A model generated the notes under the pieces. The model made no database searches. It saw nothing but the letters and a program-made list of their open reading frames with translations, and was not told where the DNA came from. Both the position numbers and the translations under genes were made by a program. This document shows positions 29,244 through 38,279 of a DNA stretch of 64,000 bases, piece after piece. Location of the stretch: assembly GCA_965232515.1 (NCBI GenBank), contig CBDDPY010000002.1, positions 1,984,001-2,048,000 of the forward strand, in the 5' to 3' direction. Numbering within the stretch: position 1 is the first letter of the stretch; every line of letters starts with the position of its first letter. This DNA is from Alphaproteobacteria bacterium. GTDB lineage: Bacteria; Pseudomonadota; Alphaproteobacteria; GCA-2731375.

Positions 29244-29609
29244 ATGGCCGAGCAAACCGATACGCCGACGGTCGCATGCTCACTGACCGACGAAGCGCTA
29301 CGCCGCCGCCGGGCGATGTTGCGGGACTCGCTGCTGTCGCACCTCGCGGGCAGCGAGCGTTGGGATGCCGGTCTCCAACTGCGTTTTCCGGATACGACCG
29401 CGCTGCGTTCGCACCTTCAGACTTTCGTCGACCTGGAACGCCAATGCTGCGGCTTCCTGACCTTCACGATTACACCGGCCGAAAACCGGCTCGTGCTGAC
29501 GATCGAAGGCCCTCCGGCGGCGCAGCCAACGATCGACATGTTCACCACCTGGATCGACCAGGAAGAGACGCGGCGAAAGAAGACGCGGCATGACGGAACA
29601 GACCATTGA
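29244..29609 (+). CDS. Hypothetical Cys-motif protein (ACSL...E..CC.F)
   Basis: Motif pattern like stand-alone MerR-associated C-terminal domains. Confidence 0.7.
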   Translation: MAEQTDTPTVACSLTDEALRRRRAMLRDSLLSHLAGSERWDAGLQLRFPDTTALRSHLQTFVDLERQCCGFLTFTITPAENRLVLTIEGPPAAQPTIDMFTTWIDQEETRRKKTRHDGTDH

Positions 29610-29811
29610 AGCCCTGGGCATCGCGGCGATCACGATCATGGTCGCGAGCTACGCGCTTGAGAACCGCAATCCGGTCTTCATCGCCATCTTCGCCGGCGGC
29701 TGCGCACTGGCGGCCGTCTACGCCCTTCTGATCGGGTCGATCCCGTTCCTGATCGCCGAAGGCATCTGGTCCGTCATCGCATTCCGACGCTGGCGCGCCG
29801 CCGTGCGCTGA
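29590..29811 (+). CDS. Small 3-TM membrane protein
   Basis: 73 aa, hydrophobic, PFLIAEGIW motif. Confidence 0.7.
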   Translation: MTEQTIEALGIAAITIMVASYALENRNPVFIAIFAGGCALAAVYALLIGSIPFLIAEGIWSVIAFRRWRAAVR

Positions 29812-29847
29812 TCGACATCCCGCAGAGGCGCCGGCTTCGCGATACAG

Positions 29848-29904
29848 AACCGTTAGGTTGACTGTTGATCTCACCGTGATATAGTGAACTTTATGGTTCA
29901 CTAT
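29848..29904 (+). promoter_or_regulatory. Sigma70-like promoter with two operator palindromes
   Basis: TTGACT-N16-TATAGT-N7-ATG; AACC-GTTA-GGTT (29848-59) and ATAGTGAAC-N6-GTTCACTAT (29881-904). Confidence 0.65.
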
Positions 29905-30231
29905 CAAGACGCCCAACTCGACCAGGTCTTTTCCGCTCTCGGCGACCCGACGCGGCGGGCCATCCTGGCAACGTTGATGGAGGGGGAGCGCAAGGTCTCG
30001 GACTTCCCCGTCGCCGACAGCATGACCCTAACCGGCTTGTCGAAGCACGTGCGCGTGCTCGCGCGGGCCGGGCTGATCAGCCACGAGAAACGCGGCCGGG
30101 ACCGCATCTGCCGGCTGGAGCCGGCCGCCTTTAAGCAGGCCGCCGACTGGGTGGGTCAATACCGCCGGTTCTGGGAAAGCCAGATCGACCATCTCGAGGC
30201 CTTCCTCGCCACGGAAGGAGACGACGAATGA
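29893..30231 (+). CDS. ArsR/SmtB family regulator
   Basis: FSALGDPTRRAIL, LSKHVRVLARAGL. Confidence 0.9.
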   Translation: MVHYQDAQLDQVFSALGDPTRRAILATLMEGERKVSDFPVADSMTLTGLSKHVRVLARAGLISHEKRGRDRICRLEPAAFKQAADWVGQYRRFWESQIDHLEAFLATEGDDE

Positions 30232-30722
30232 TCGCCGCCAATCTCAACACGCCGGACGGCGACAGCGTGGTCCGGGTCTCCAGAACGCTGTCGGCGGCGC
30301 CGGCAACGGTGTTCGACGCCTGGGTCAATCCGGCCAAGCTGCAGCGCTGGTGGGCAGGCGAGGAGCGCATCGTCCGGATCCACGACCTCGACGCCAGGGT
30401 CGGCGGCGCCTGGCGTATCTCCTTCGACACGCCCGAGGGCAACCACTTCGAAATGCTGGGCGTCTACCAGGAGGTCGCGCCGCCGGACCGCCTGTCGTTC
30501 TCCTGGACCGCCGCCCGCAACGGCGAGGCGGGGGCGCAGTCCATGGTCGTGATCGAGTTTGCCCCGGCGGAGTCCGGCACCCTGCTGACGATCGCGCACC
30601 ACCTGCCAGCCGACGCGCCCGACGCCGCCAGCGTGCGGCCGGGCTGGGATAGCTCGCTCAACCGGCTCGGCCGCCTCATTGAGGCGGACGGCTTCGGCGA
30701 CGCGGACGACACGCCGGCATGA
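30228..30722 (+). CDS. SRPBCC/AHSA1 domain protein
   Basis: VFDAW, DARVGG, GWDSSL; ATGA-coupled to arsR. Confidence 0.88.
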   Translation: MIAANLNTPDGDSVVRVSRTLSAAPATVFDAWVNPAKLQRWWAGEERIVRIHDLDARVGGAWRISFDTPEGNHFEMLGVYQEVAPPDRLSFSWTAARNGEAGAQSMVVIEFAPAESGTLLTIAHHLPADAPDAASVRPGWDSSLNRLGRLIEADGFGDADDTPA

Positions 30723-30768
30723 CGGTCTTTCGAGCCTTACGGCCAAACCTTCGGCAAGGAGCTATGTC

Positions 30769-31227
30769 ATGACGGCCAAGAGAAAGATCAAAACCGCGCT
30801 GTATGTCGTCGTCGCCCTCGCGCTTGGCGGCGCGCCGAACGCCGTCGGCGATGCCGCCGTGAACAGAGCTTTGGTGATCGACTATCTCCGCATGTTGTTC
30901 GGCGAGAAAAAGGTCGCCCAGGCCGTCGAGACTTACGCCGCCGACAACATCGTTCAGCACAACCCCAACATTGGCGACGGCCGCGAGCCGATCATCGCCT
31001 TCCTGGACGGTCTGATGGCTGCGCATCCGGCCGCGACGTGGGAGATCAAGCGCGTGGTCGCGGAAGGCGATCTGGTGGTCGTGCACACCCATCTCACCCT
31101 GTCGCCCGACGACCGTGGCATGGCGGTCGTCGACATCTTCCGCGTCGCCGACGGCAAGGTCGTCGAGCACTGGGACGTGCTGCAGCCCGTGCCGGCGCAG
31201 GCGGCGAACGACAATACGATGTTTTGA
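30769..31227 (+). CDS. SnoaL/NTF2-like protein with N-terminal signal or TM segment
   Basis: [25 protein letters not shown]. Confidence 0.88.
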   Translation: MTAKRKIKTALYVVVALALGGAPNAVGDAAVNRALVIDYLRMLFGEKKVAQAVETYAADNIVQHNPNIGDGREPIIAFLDGLMAAHPAATWEIKRVVAEGDLVVVHTHLTLSPDDRGMAVVDIFRVADGKVVEHWDVLQPVPAQAANDNTMF

Positions 31228-31259
31228 CCGGCCATCCTTCTCACGCAAAGGGCACCGAG

Positions 31260-31661
31260 ATGACAGAGAAGAACGCCACACCTATCGCCGGCGGCTGCGC
31301 CTGCGGCGCGGTCCGCTATGCGTCGACCGCGAAACCGAGCTTCTCGCTCATTTGCCAGTGCCGGCAGTGCCAGCGGGCGACCGGCGGCGGCCACGCGACC
31401 GCCTTCGTGCTGCCGGCGGACGCGGTCATAGTCACCGGCGAGGTCCGGTTCTTCGATCAGCAGGCCGACAGCGGCAACACCGTCAGCCGCGGCTTCTGTC
31501 CGACCTGCGGCTCGCCGATGATGAACCGGAATTCCGGTTATCCGCAGTCGCTCTACGTGCACGCCGCGACCTTGGACGATCCAACCGCCTTCCGGCCCGA
31601 AACCGTGGTCTTCCGCTCGGCCGCCCAGCCATGGGACCATGTCGACCCCCGCCTGGATTAG
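31260..31661 (+). CDS. GFA/CENP-V family Zn protein
   Basis: [23 protein letters not shown]. Confidence 0.9.
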   Translation: MTEKNATPIAGGCACGAVRYASTAKPSFSLICQCRQCQRATGGGHATAFVLPADAVIVTGEVRFFDQQADSGNTVSRGFCPTCGSPMMNRNSGYPQSLYVHAATLDDPTAFRPETVVFRSAAQPWDHVDPRLD

Positions 31662-31697
31662 CCACAGCCGCCCGGAACGACATTTCAGGGAGCATCC

Positions 31698-32093
31698 ATG
31701 TCCGCGTCCGAACCGATCGGCCCGGCGTCGCCGTTCTTTATCGTCCGAGACGTCGGCGTTGCGCTCGACTTCTACACGTCGTCCCTCGGCTTCGACTGCC
31801 GCTTCCGGACGCCGGCGCGGGAACCGTTCTTCGCCATCGTCGGCCGCGGCTCCGCGCAAGTCATGCTCAAGGCCATCGGGCGCGAGGTCGGACCGTTGCC
31901 CAATCCGGCGCGGCACGAATGGGCGGCCTGGGATGCCTTCATCCATGTCGCCGATCCCGACGCGCTGGCGACCGAGTTCGAGCGCCGCGGCACATCGTTC
32001 CGCCGCCCGCTCGGCGACACCGACGACGGCCTGCGCGGTTTCGAGGTCGCGGACCCCGACGGCTACGTCCTGTTCTTCGGCCGGCCGCGATAG
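31698..32093 (+). CDS. VOC/bleomycin-resistance-like protein
   Basis: [19 protein letters not shown]. Confidence 0.88.
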   Translation: MSASEPIGPASPFFIVRDVGVALDFYTSSLGFDCRFRTPAREPFFAIVGRGSAQVMLKAIGREVGPLPNPARHEWAAWDAFIHVADPDALATEFERRGTSFRRPLGDTDDGLRGFEVADPDGYVLFFGRPR

Positions 32094-32097
32094 ACAA

Positions 32098-32121
32098 ACG
32101 CTTCGGTACGCACCGAAGCAT
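32098..32121. promoter_or_regulatory. Palindromic operator upstream of the NIPSNAP gene
   Basis: GCTTCGGT-ACGC-ACCGAAGC; related 24-mer at 33381-33404. Confidence 0.55.
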
Positions 32122-32173
32122 CGCGCGGCGGTCACGCGGCATCCTCCCGGTCATCGAAACCGAGGAGGACCCG

Positions 32174-32494
32174 ATGATCACCTGTTTCATCCGGTACGAG
32201 ATCGACCCGTTCAAGAAAGCCGCCTTCGAGCAGTACGCCCGCAACTGGGGCCAGGCGATCCCGCGCTGCGGCGCCGACCTGATCGGCTACTTCGCCCCGC
32301 ACGAGGGCTCGAGCACGCTCGCTTACGGCGTCTACAACATCGACAGCCTGGCCGCTTACGAGGCCTACCGCACACGGCTCGCCGCCGACCCGCTCGGCCG
32401 CGAAAACTACGATTTCGCGAAACGCGAAAAGTTCATCCGCCGCGAGGACCGCACCTTCCTGACCCTCGCCTCGGCCCCGCACGCACGGCCCTGA
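32174..32494 (+). CDS. NIPSNAP family protein
   Basis: [29 protein letters not shown]; GGAGG RBS. Confidence 0.9.
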   Translation: MITCFIRYEIDPFKKAAFEQYARNWGQAIPRCGADLIGYFAPHEGSSTLAYGVYNIDSLAAYEAYRTRLAADPLGRENYDFAKREKFIRREDRTFLTLASAPHARP

Positions 32495-32529
32495 CAAATG
32501 GCCATCTCAAAGCCCTTCTTCGACGCCGT

Positions 32530-32617
32530 TGGATGCCCGTGTCGAGCACGGGCATGACGGATTGAGGGATGATGGCATTATCCAATTCGTCGTTGCCGGG
32601 CTTGACCCGGCAACCCA
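32530..32617. repeat. Pair of REP-like palindromic units
   Basis: Reverse-strand GTCATGCCCGTGCTCGACACGGGCATCCA and forward GTCGTTGCCGGGCTTGACCCGGCAACCCA. Confidence 0.7.
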
Positions 32618-32624
32618 GCGCCAC

Positions 32625-33332
32625 CTAAAGCGTCCGGATGCCGAACATGTCGCGCAGGGCCTGCTCGCCCTGGCGCGTGACGGTCAGCGCGCGGCTGTCG
32701 TCGATGCGCCGGACGAATTTCCGATCGAAGAAATGCCCGCAGATGGCGGCGCCGACGCGGCCGGCGAGATGCGGTCGGCGCTCACTCCAATCGAGGCACG
32801 GCCGGCAGAACGCCCGCGCCGTCACGCGCCGGCCACGCGTCGCCGCCGCCAGATCGACGCCGATGTCCTCGAGGAACGCGACGCCCGCCTCCGACAACAT
32901 CCCGGCCTCGTCGCCGAACTCGACCGCACCCCGGTCGATCAGCGCGTCGCTGATCGCGACGCCCAGCCGCCCGGCCAGGTGATCGTAACAGGTGCGCGCC
33001 TTGCGCATCGCCGCGTCGCGCGGACCGGTGGCGATCCTCCGCGCCGACGCTTCGGCCTTGGACGCGATCTGCATGATGCCTTCCAGCATGCGGGCGATCT
33101 CGGGCGAGGCCAGCCGGTGATAGCGGTGCCGGCCCTGCTTCTCCGCCGTCAAAAGCGCGGCCTCCGTCAACCGCGCCAGATGGCTGCTGGCCGTCTGCGG
33201 CGTCACACCGGCCGCGCGCGCCAACTCGCCCGCGGTCAGCGCCCGGCCGTCCATCAGCGCCACCAGCATGGCCGCGCGCGCCGGCTCGCCGACGACCAGG
33301 CCGATATTCGCGATCTGATTGGTATTGACCAT
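32625..33332 (-). CDS. ArsR-family winged-helix regulator with C-terminal extension
   Basis: EPARAAML, TASSHL, ARTCYDHLAG, CLDWSERRPHLAG. Confidence 0.9.
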   Translation of the reverse strand: MVNTNQIANIGLVVGEPARAAMLVALMDGRALTAGELARAAGVTPQTASSHLARLTEAALLTAEKQGRHRYHRLASPEIARMLEGIMQIASKAEASARRIATGPRDAAMRKARTCYDHLAGRLGVAISDALIDRGAVEFGDEAGMLSEAGVAFLEDIGVDLAAATRGRRVTARAFCRPCLDWSERRPHLAGRVGAAICGHFFDRKFVRRIDDSRALTVTRQGEQALRDMFGIRTL

Positions 33333-33506
33333 GCGTCACCTCCGTGTCGGGCCCCCAGGTTAGCACCCGGCATCATCCGAATAGTACGATCCCGGCCGAA
33401 GTATCGTCACCGATTCCGTCCCGGCGATTGGCTGTTGATCTCTCGGCCGAGACATGGGATGGGTCCGGCCCCGGTAATCGATCTATCACGCACGGAAAAC
33501 GGTGCC

Positions 33507-34037
33507 ATGAGCCAGCGGCTGGCGCTCTACACTTTCGGCGTCTTCATCGAGCGCGCCGAACACCCCGCGAACGACGGCTTCCATCGGCGGAACGACCCGA
33601 TCCTGGCGGCCGTCGAGCGGGCGCCGGGCTTCATCGCGCGCTCCGGCTATGCCGGCGATCCCGGACCCGCGAGCTGGGGACCGGAAACCTATCCGGCGTT
33701 CTACAACGAGCGCGGCGACGGCTGGTCGCCGGCGACGCTGTCGCTCTGGGAAGACCTGGAATCGCCCATGGCCTTCAGCTATTTCGGCCTGCACGCCGAG
33801 GCTTTGGCCCACGGCCGCGAGTGGTTCCACAAGCCCGAATGGCCGCCCTACGCCCTGTGGTGGGTCGACGGCGACGTCCGGCCGAACTGGCGCGACGCGG
33901 TGGCGCGGCACGCGCATCTGCACGAACACGGCCCCACCGCCCACGCCTTCAACTTCAAACGCCCGTTCGACGCGTCGGGCCAACCCGCCCACATCGACCG
34001 CGACAAGGTTAAGGCGCTTACGGCCGGCAACGGCTAG
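33507..34037 (+). CDS. DUF3291-family protein
   Basis: PGFIAR, TLSLWEDLES, H.EAL..GREWF, HGPTAHAF. Confidence 0.8.
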   Translation: MSQRLALYTFGVFIERAEHPANDGFHRRNDPILAAVERAPGFIARSGYAGDPGPASWGPETYPAFYNERGDGWSPATLSLWEDLESPMAFSYFGLHAEALAHGREWFHKPEWPPYALWWVDGDVRPNWRDAVARHAHLHEHGPTAHAFNFKRPFDASGQPAHIDRDKVKALTAGNG

Positions 34038-34495
34038 AAGAGAACGGTTACGCCCTCACCCTGTATACGCATGCCGCTGTAGAGCCGCATGACCGTCGCG
34101 TCCAGGTCGGTCTGCACGCACCGCGCGACGGCGTCCCATTGGTGCGCCTTCACCTGGCGCGGCACGATGAACGACGCGGCGGCGATGACCTCGTCGTCGA
34201 CCATCAGACGCGCATTGCGGAACCACTTGTTGATCCCGACCTCGTCGATACCGGGACCCGGCGTGCGGAAGCCGCATAGGGCGAGCCGGCCGTCCTTGTC
34301 GAACCGACGCACGAAAACATCGGTCTTGGTTCCCGTCTTGTCGGCGCCCCAATACACCGTCAGTTTCGTATAGAGCGGATACGCCCGCTCGCTTTCCAAC
34401 GGTGTGAGGCTCGGGCCGCCTTGCCCGCCGGACTGGCAGGCGGATAAGACCAATGTCATCGCCGCCGCCAGAAACAACTCGCGAAAACTCCGCAT
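34034..34495 (-). CDS. Hypothetical lipoprotein
   Basis: MRSFRELFLAAAMTLVLSAC lipobox; GGAGG RBS. Confidence 0.7.
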   Translation of the reverse strand: MRSFRELFLAAAMTLVLSACQSGGQGGPSLTPLESERAYPLYTKLTVYWGADKTGTKTDVFVRRFDKDGRLALCGFRTPGPGIDEVGINKWFRNARLMVDDEVIAAASFIVPRQVKAHQWDAVARCVQTDLDATVMRLYSGMRIQGEGVTVLF

Positions 34496-34557
34496 GACCC
34501 CTCCATTCCCGCGTGAAGGGTATCGCGGATACAACCATGCGGCAAATCGCCTTCGAT

Positions 34558-35295
34558 TTACTCGCTGACCTTTAGCTGATCGGGCACCGCCGAGATATAG
34601 GTGAAGTCGAGCAAATGCTTGCGGTTGAAGGCGCCGATCTGCTTCAAAATGTCGGGATTCTGCTTGCGGAAGCGTTCGCCCTGCGCCGCGTTGTCGTAGT
34701 GAATGACGACCACCTCGTCCGGCGTCGGCACGCCGACGGCGCGCAGGCCCGCGACCATCGCCTCGGTACGCCAGGCGTCCTGCCGTCCGGCGGCCTCGGC
34801 ATTGATGCGGTTCAGATCGCTGTCGCGGCGGTCCGGATCGATGTTGTTGTAACGGCTGAGCTTGAAGACGTAAGCGCGCGCGCCCTGCGCTTCCGGTCCG
34901 GTCTTGCCGGCATCGCCAAAGACGAGCGGCCCCTCGACGGCGATGGCGTCGTTGTCCGCGGCCAGGATCGGCGCCAGCGCCTGCCGATGCTGCACGCTGT
35001 CCAGCACCTCCGCCCGGCAGGCGAACAGCACGAAACGCTCCGGCGCGCCGATATCCAGATTGCCCTGCGTGCCGGCCACGGCGCCCTGACGCCACGGGCT
35101 GCAGCCCTGATCCGCCAGATCCGGCAGCGCCGCGTCGACATCGGCGCGTTGGGCCTCGGCGTGCAACAGCAGCATCGCCCGGCCCCGGTCCTGCGACATG
35201 GCCGACGACGCGCTCAAAAGCATTATCGAAGCGGCAACGACGGCCGATACCCGGGGTCCGGTGCCGATCCGTCGGCGCGATTTGAACTGGCGCAT
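34558..35295 (-). CDS. Hypothetical exported protein with two DUF1330-like halves
   Basis: Signal-like N-terminus; PERFVLF and PDEVVVIHY motifs; AGGAG RBS. Confidence 0.65.
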   Translation of the reverse strand: MRQFKSRRRIGTGPRVSAVVAASIMLLSASSAMSQDRGRAMLLLHAEAQRADVDAALPDLADQGCSPWRQGAVAGTQGNLDIGAPERFVLFACRAEVLDSVQHRQALAPILAADNDAIAVEGPLVFGDAGKTGPEAQGARAYVFKLSRYNNIDPDRRDSDLNRINAEAAGRQDAWRTEAMVAGLRAVGVPTPDEVVVIHYDNAAQGERFRKQNPDILKQIGAFNRKHLLDFTYISAVPDQLKVSE

Positions 35296-35329
35296 GAATG
35301 ATCTCCTTTTCCAAAGGCACATCGATATG

Positions 35330-35414
35330 TGGTGCGAATACGCGCCATTATTCGCCGAGAATGCCGTCCGTCACGGTGTTCTTTCGATCCATATTGGTGC
35401 ATAAACGCACCAAT
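35330..35414. promoter_or_regulatory. Two LysR-type inverted-repeat boxes
   Basis: TGGTGC-N6-GCGCCA (35330-47) and ATTGGTGC-N6-GCACCAAT (35393-414). Confidence 0.55.
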
Positions 35415-36306
35415 GAAGGACTGGGACGACTACCGCCTGGCCCTGGCGCTGCAGCGCGCCGGCTCGATCCGCGGCGCGGCGCAGAGCCTCGGAGTCAACC
35501 ACGCCACGGTCTCGCGGCGGCTCGCGGCCCTGAACGACCGCCTGGGCGGGCCGGCGTTCGAGCGCGTCGGCGGCGGTTATCGGCCGACCAGCCACGGCCA
35601 GCCGCTCATCGACGCCGCCCTCGCCATGGAGGACGCGGTCTACGCCGCCGAGCGCGACGCCATGGGCCGAGAGCGGGCCATGCGGGGGCCGCTCACCCTG
35701 TCGCTGCCCGACACCGTCGCCGAGCACCTGCTGATGAACGAGCTCGGCCAGTTCGCCGAACGGTTTCCCGATATCCAGCTCACCATCCACACGTCTTACG
35801 GTTTCGCGGACCTCGATCATCGCGAGGCCGATCTGGTGGTGCGGATCAGCAACGACCCGCCGGCGCATCTGGTCGGCCGTCGCCTGTTCAAGTACGCCCG
35901 TTGCGCCTATGCCACGCCCGGCTATCTCGCCGACCGCCAGCCGGATCGACGGCATTGGCTCGGCTGGCCGGACGACGCCGAACGCCCCGACTGGGTTTGC
36001 GATTCCATCTGCCCGGAGACGCCAATCGGTCTGCGAGTCGAGCACCCGCTGGTCCGCCATGCCGCGGCACGCGCCGGCCACGGCCTCATTTTCGAAGCGT
36101 GTTTCGTCGCCGACCCCGATCCGCTCTTGGTCCGCCTGCCGGGCGCCCGCCCCGAACCCGACCGGGATATCTGGGTGCTGACCCACCCCGACCTCAAGGA
36201 CACACCCAAGGTCAAAGCCCTGTCGCGGTTCCTAACCGATGCGATATCGGCTAAACGCGATCTGATCGAAGGCCATCTGCCCGCTGCTGCCCAATCGGCA
36301 GGCTGA
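35413..36306 (+). CDS. LysR family regulator
   Basis: MKDWDDYR, GVNHATVSRRL, DL..READL. Confidence 0.92.
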   Translation: MKDWDDYRLALALQRAGSIRGAAQSLGVNHATVSRRLAALNDRLGGPAFERVGGGYRPTSHGQPLIDAALAMEDAVYAAERDAMGRERAMRGPLTLSLPDTVAEHLLMNELGQFAERFPDIQLTIHTSYGFADLDHREADLVVRISNDPPAHLVGRRLFKYARCAYATPGYLADRQPDRRHWLGWPDDAERPDWVCDSICPETPIGLRVEHPLVRHAAARAGHGLIFEACFVADPDPLLVRLPGARPEPDRDIWVLTHPDLKDTPKVKALSRFLTDAISAKRDLIEGHLPAAAQSAG

Positions 36307-36334
36307 CATCCTCCCGCCAACGGATACCGGCTGC

Positions 36335-36374
36335 TCGCATACAATTAGCTTGTAGACAAGATAATTGTATGCGA
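36335..36374. promoter_or_regulatory. 40-bp near-perfect AT-rich palindrome, putative MarR operator
   Basis: TCGCATACAATTA-gCTTGTagACAAGa-TAATTGTATGCGA. Confidence 0.6.
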
Positions 36375-36408
36375 CTTAAAATTCCCCCTGTCAATGTGAG
36401 GTCACGGC

Positions 36409-36849
36409 ATGGAGCGCCTCGAGGACTGCATCAGTTTCCTGGTCGGCAAGGCGGCACAGCAGGTCGCCCGGCGAGCGCGCGAGCGGCTGGCCCACCACGG
36501 CGTCACGCCGGCGCAGTACGCGCTGCTGAAGCTGCTCTGGGAGCGGGACGGACAGAGCGGTGCCGAGCTCGGCGCGCGCCTCGTGCTCGACAGCGCCACC
36601 ATGACCGGCCTCGCCGACCGCCTGGCCGCCGCCGGCATGATCGAACGCCGCGCCGATGACGGGGACCGACGTGTGCAGCGCCTGTTCCTGACCGCCGCTG
36701 GCCGCACCCTCGAGGCCCCGCTCGACGCCGAGATGGACGCCCTCAATGACGCGGCCCGCGGGATCCTCGGCTCGCGTGCGCCCGGCGTCTGGGCGGCCCT
36801 GCGCCGGCTCGGCGATCCTAGCGCCGAATGGGAGGCATCGGCGCCATGA
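36409..36849 (+). CDS. MarR family regulator
   Basis: TPAQY, DSATMTGLADRL, DRR, LTAAG. Confidence 0.9.
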   Translation: MERLEDCISFLVGKAAQQVARRARERLAHHGVTPAQYALLKLLWERDGQSGAELGARLVLDSATMTGLADRLAAAGMIERRADDGDRRVQRLFLTAAGRTLEAPLDAEMDALNDAARGILGSRAPGVWAALRRLGDPSAEWEASAP

Positions 36850-37256
36850 TCTTCGACACCAAGATCGCGATTCTCCTGCGCGACGACCTCGCCGTCTGGC
36901 AGAAGCTGAATGTCACGGCGTTCTTGATGAGCGGCATCGTCGGCGACAGCCCCGAGCTGATCGGCGAGGCCTACGCGGACGCCGACGGCAACCGCTACAA
37001 CCCGCTCGTCATCCAGCCGGTCATCGTGCTCGCCAGCGACGCGGCCGGCCTCCGGAAGATCTACACCAGGGCCATGGGCCGGAACGTCCGTCTCTCGCTC
37101 TATACCGAAGAGATGTTCCAGACCGGTCACGACGCCGCCAACCGCGCGGCCGTGCGGAATGTCGCCGCCGACGACCTCGCCATCGTCGGCCTGGCGCTGC
37201 GCGACGACAAGAAGACCGTCGACAAGATCACCAAGGGCGCCAAGCTGCACGCCTGA
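36846..37256 (+). CDS. DUF2000-family protein (PTH2-like fold)
   Basis: DTKIAILLRDDL.WQKLNV, DKITKG. Confidence 0.8.
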   Translation: MIFDTKIAILLRDDLAVWQKLNVTAFLMSGIVGDSPELIGEAYADADGNRYNPLVIQPVIVLASDAAGLRKIYTRAMGRNVRLSLYTEEMFQTGHDAANRAAVRNVAADDLAIVGLALRDDKKTVDKITKGAKLHA

Positions 37257-37340
37257 ACCGCCTCCGCCAATTCGGCGTTTCAAAGCCCGAAAGTTCCTCT
37301 ACGGTTGGCCGCCCCAGGGCGACCAGCGACGGAGCGCGAC

Positions 37341-37673
37341 ATGGCGAAGGCGAAGAAATCCGACGACCTCTATGTGCACCTGCCGGACGGCTTGACGTCA
37401 GATCAGGTCGCGGCCGTGGTCGAACGGGCGGCGGCAGCCGTCGGCCTCTACATCTCCCATATCGGCGGCTATTCGCGGAAGAAGTATCCCGGCGCCGTGC
37501 ATTGGCACTTCAAGCGCGACAAGAAGGAGCCGGGCCTGATCGACGCCACCTACCTCGATTTCAAGGCCCTGCTCTGGCTGATGATCCGCCACCGGGAACC
37601 GGACTGGGTCCACAAGACGGCGCCGTTGCTGCAACGCGCCCTACAACGCGAGATCGCCGCCTGTTCGACCTGA
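37341..37673 (+). CDS. Hypothetical protein
   Basis: GGAG RBS; KYPGAVHWHFK motif; GC3-rich codons. Confidence 0.7.
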   Translation: MAKAKKSDDLYVHLPDGLTSDQVAAVVERAAAAVGLYISHIGGYSRKKYPGAVHWHFKRDKKEPGLIDATYLDFKALLWLMIRHREPDWVHKTAPLLQRALQREIAACST

Positions 37674-37686
37674 GGGACGTCTCTTC

Positions 37687-38199
37687 TCAATCCGCCTGCG
37701 GCAACGGCAAGCGGGCCAGCAGTTGGTCGACGCACTGCTCGACGGACCGGCCGGCGGTATCGATCACAATGCGGTCGCGGTTCCAGGACTGATAGTCGCG
37801 GTCGAGAACGTCCTGCCAGTTCGGCAGTTTCAGGCCGGTGATGTCAGATTGGCGGCTTTCGATCCGCCGCCGGTGCTCGGCTGGATCGGAACAGACCACT
37901 TCCACCTCGATGCCGTCTTGTCCCGCCTTCACCGCCGTTTGCCGCCAGGCATCCCGGGTCAGATCGATGGGATTGACCGAGTCCGCGATCACCGTCCGGC
38001 CAAGGCGCAGATTGTCTTCCGCCAGGACGTAGCCGACCTGATAGCCGGCATCTTCGGCTGGATGAATCTTGAGATAGGACTCGGCCAGCGCCCGCTCGAT
38101 GCGATCGATGCGGAGAAACACGGCGTCGAGACGCCGCGCCAGCTCGTTGGCGAGCGTGGTCTTACCGGTCCCGGGCAGGCCCGCGAAAATCACCAGCAC
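37687..38199 (-). CDS. P-loop kinase-like protein (AAA_33)
   Basis: GLPGTGKTT, RID.IE, IADSVNP. Confidence 0.88.
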   Translation of the reverse strand: MLVIFAGLPGTGKTTLANELARRLDAVFLRIDRIERALAESYLKIHPAEDAGYQVGYVLAEDNLRLGRTVIADSVNPIDLTRDAWRQTAVKAGQDGIEVEVVCSDPAEHRRRIESRQSDITGLKLPNWQDVLDRDYQSWNRDRIVIDTAGRSVEQCVDQLLARLPLPQAD

Positions 38200-38279
38200 A
38201 CGACGGCTCCGAATACCCCATCCGCGCGAAACCCTAAGTCGGCCGCCGACGTTTGTCGAACGGCGTGCGATAGTAAGGC

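Noticed and set aside
34034-35320. 428-aa ORF suggesting a fusion
   Set aside because: The N-terminal part shadows the 34558-35295 gene; the lipoprotein has its own RBS and ATG at 34495
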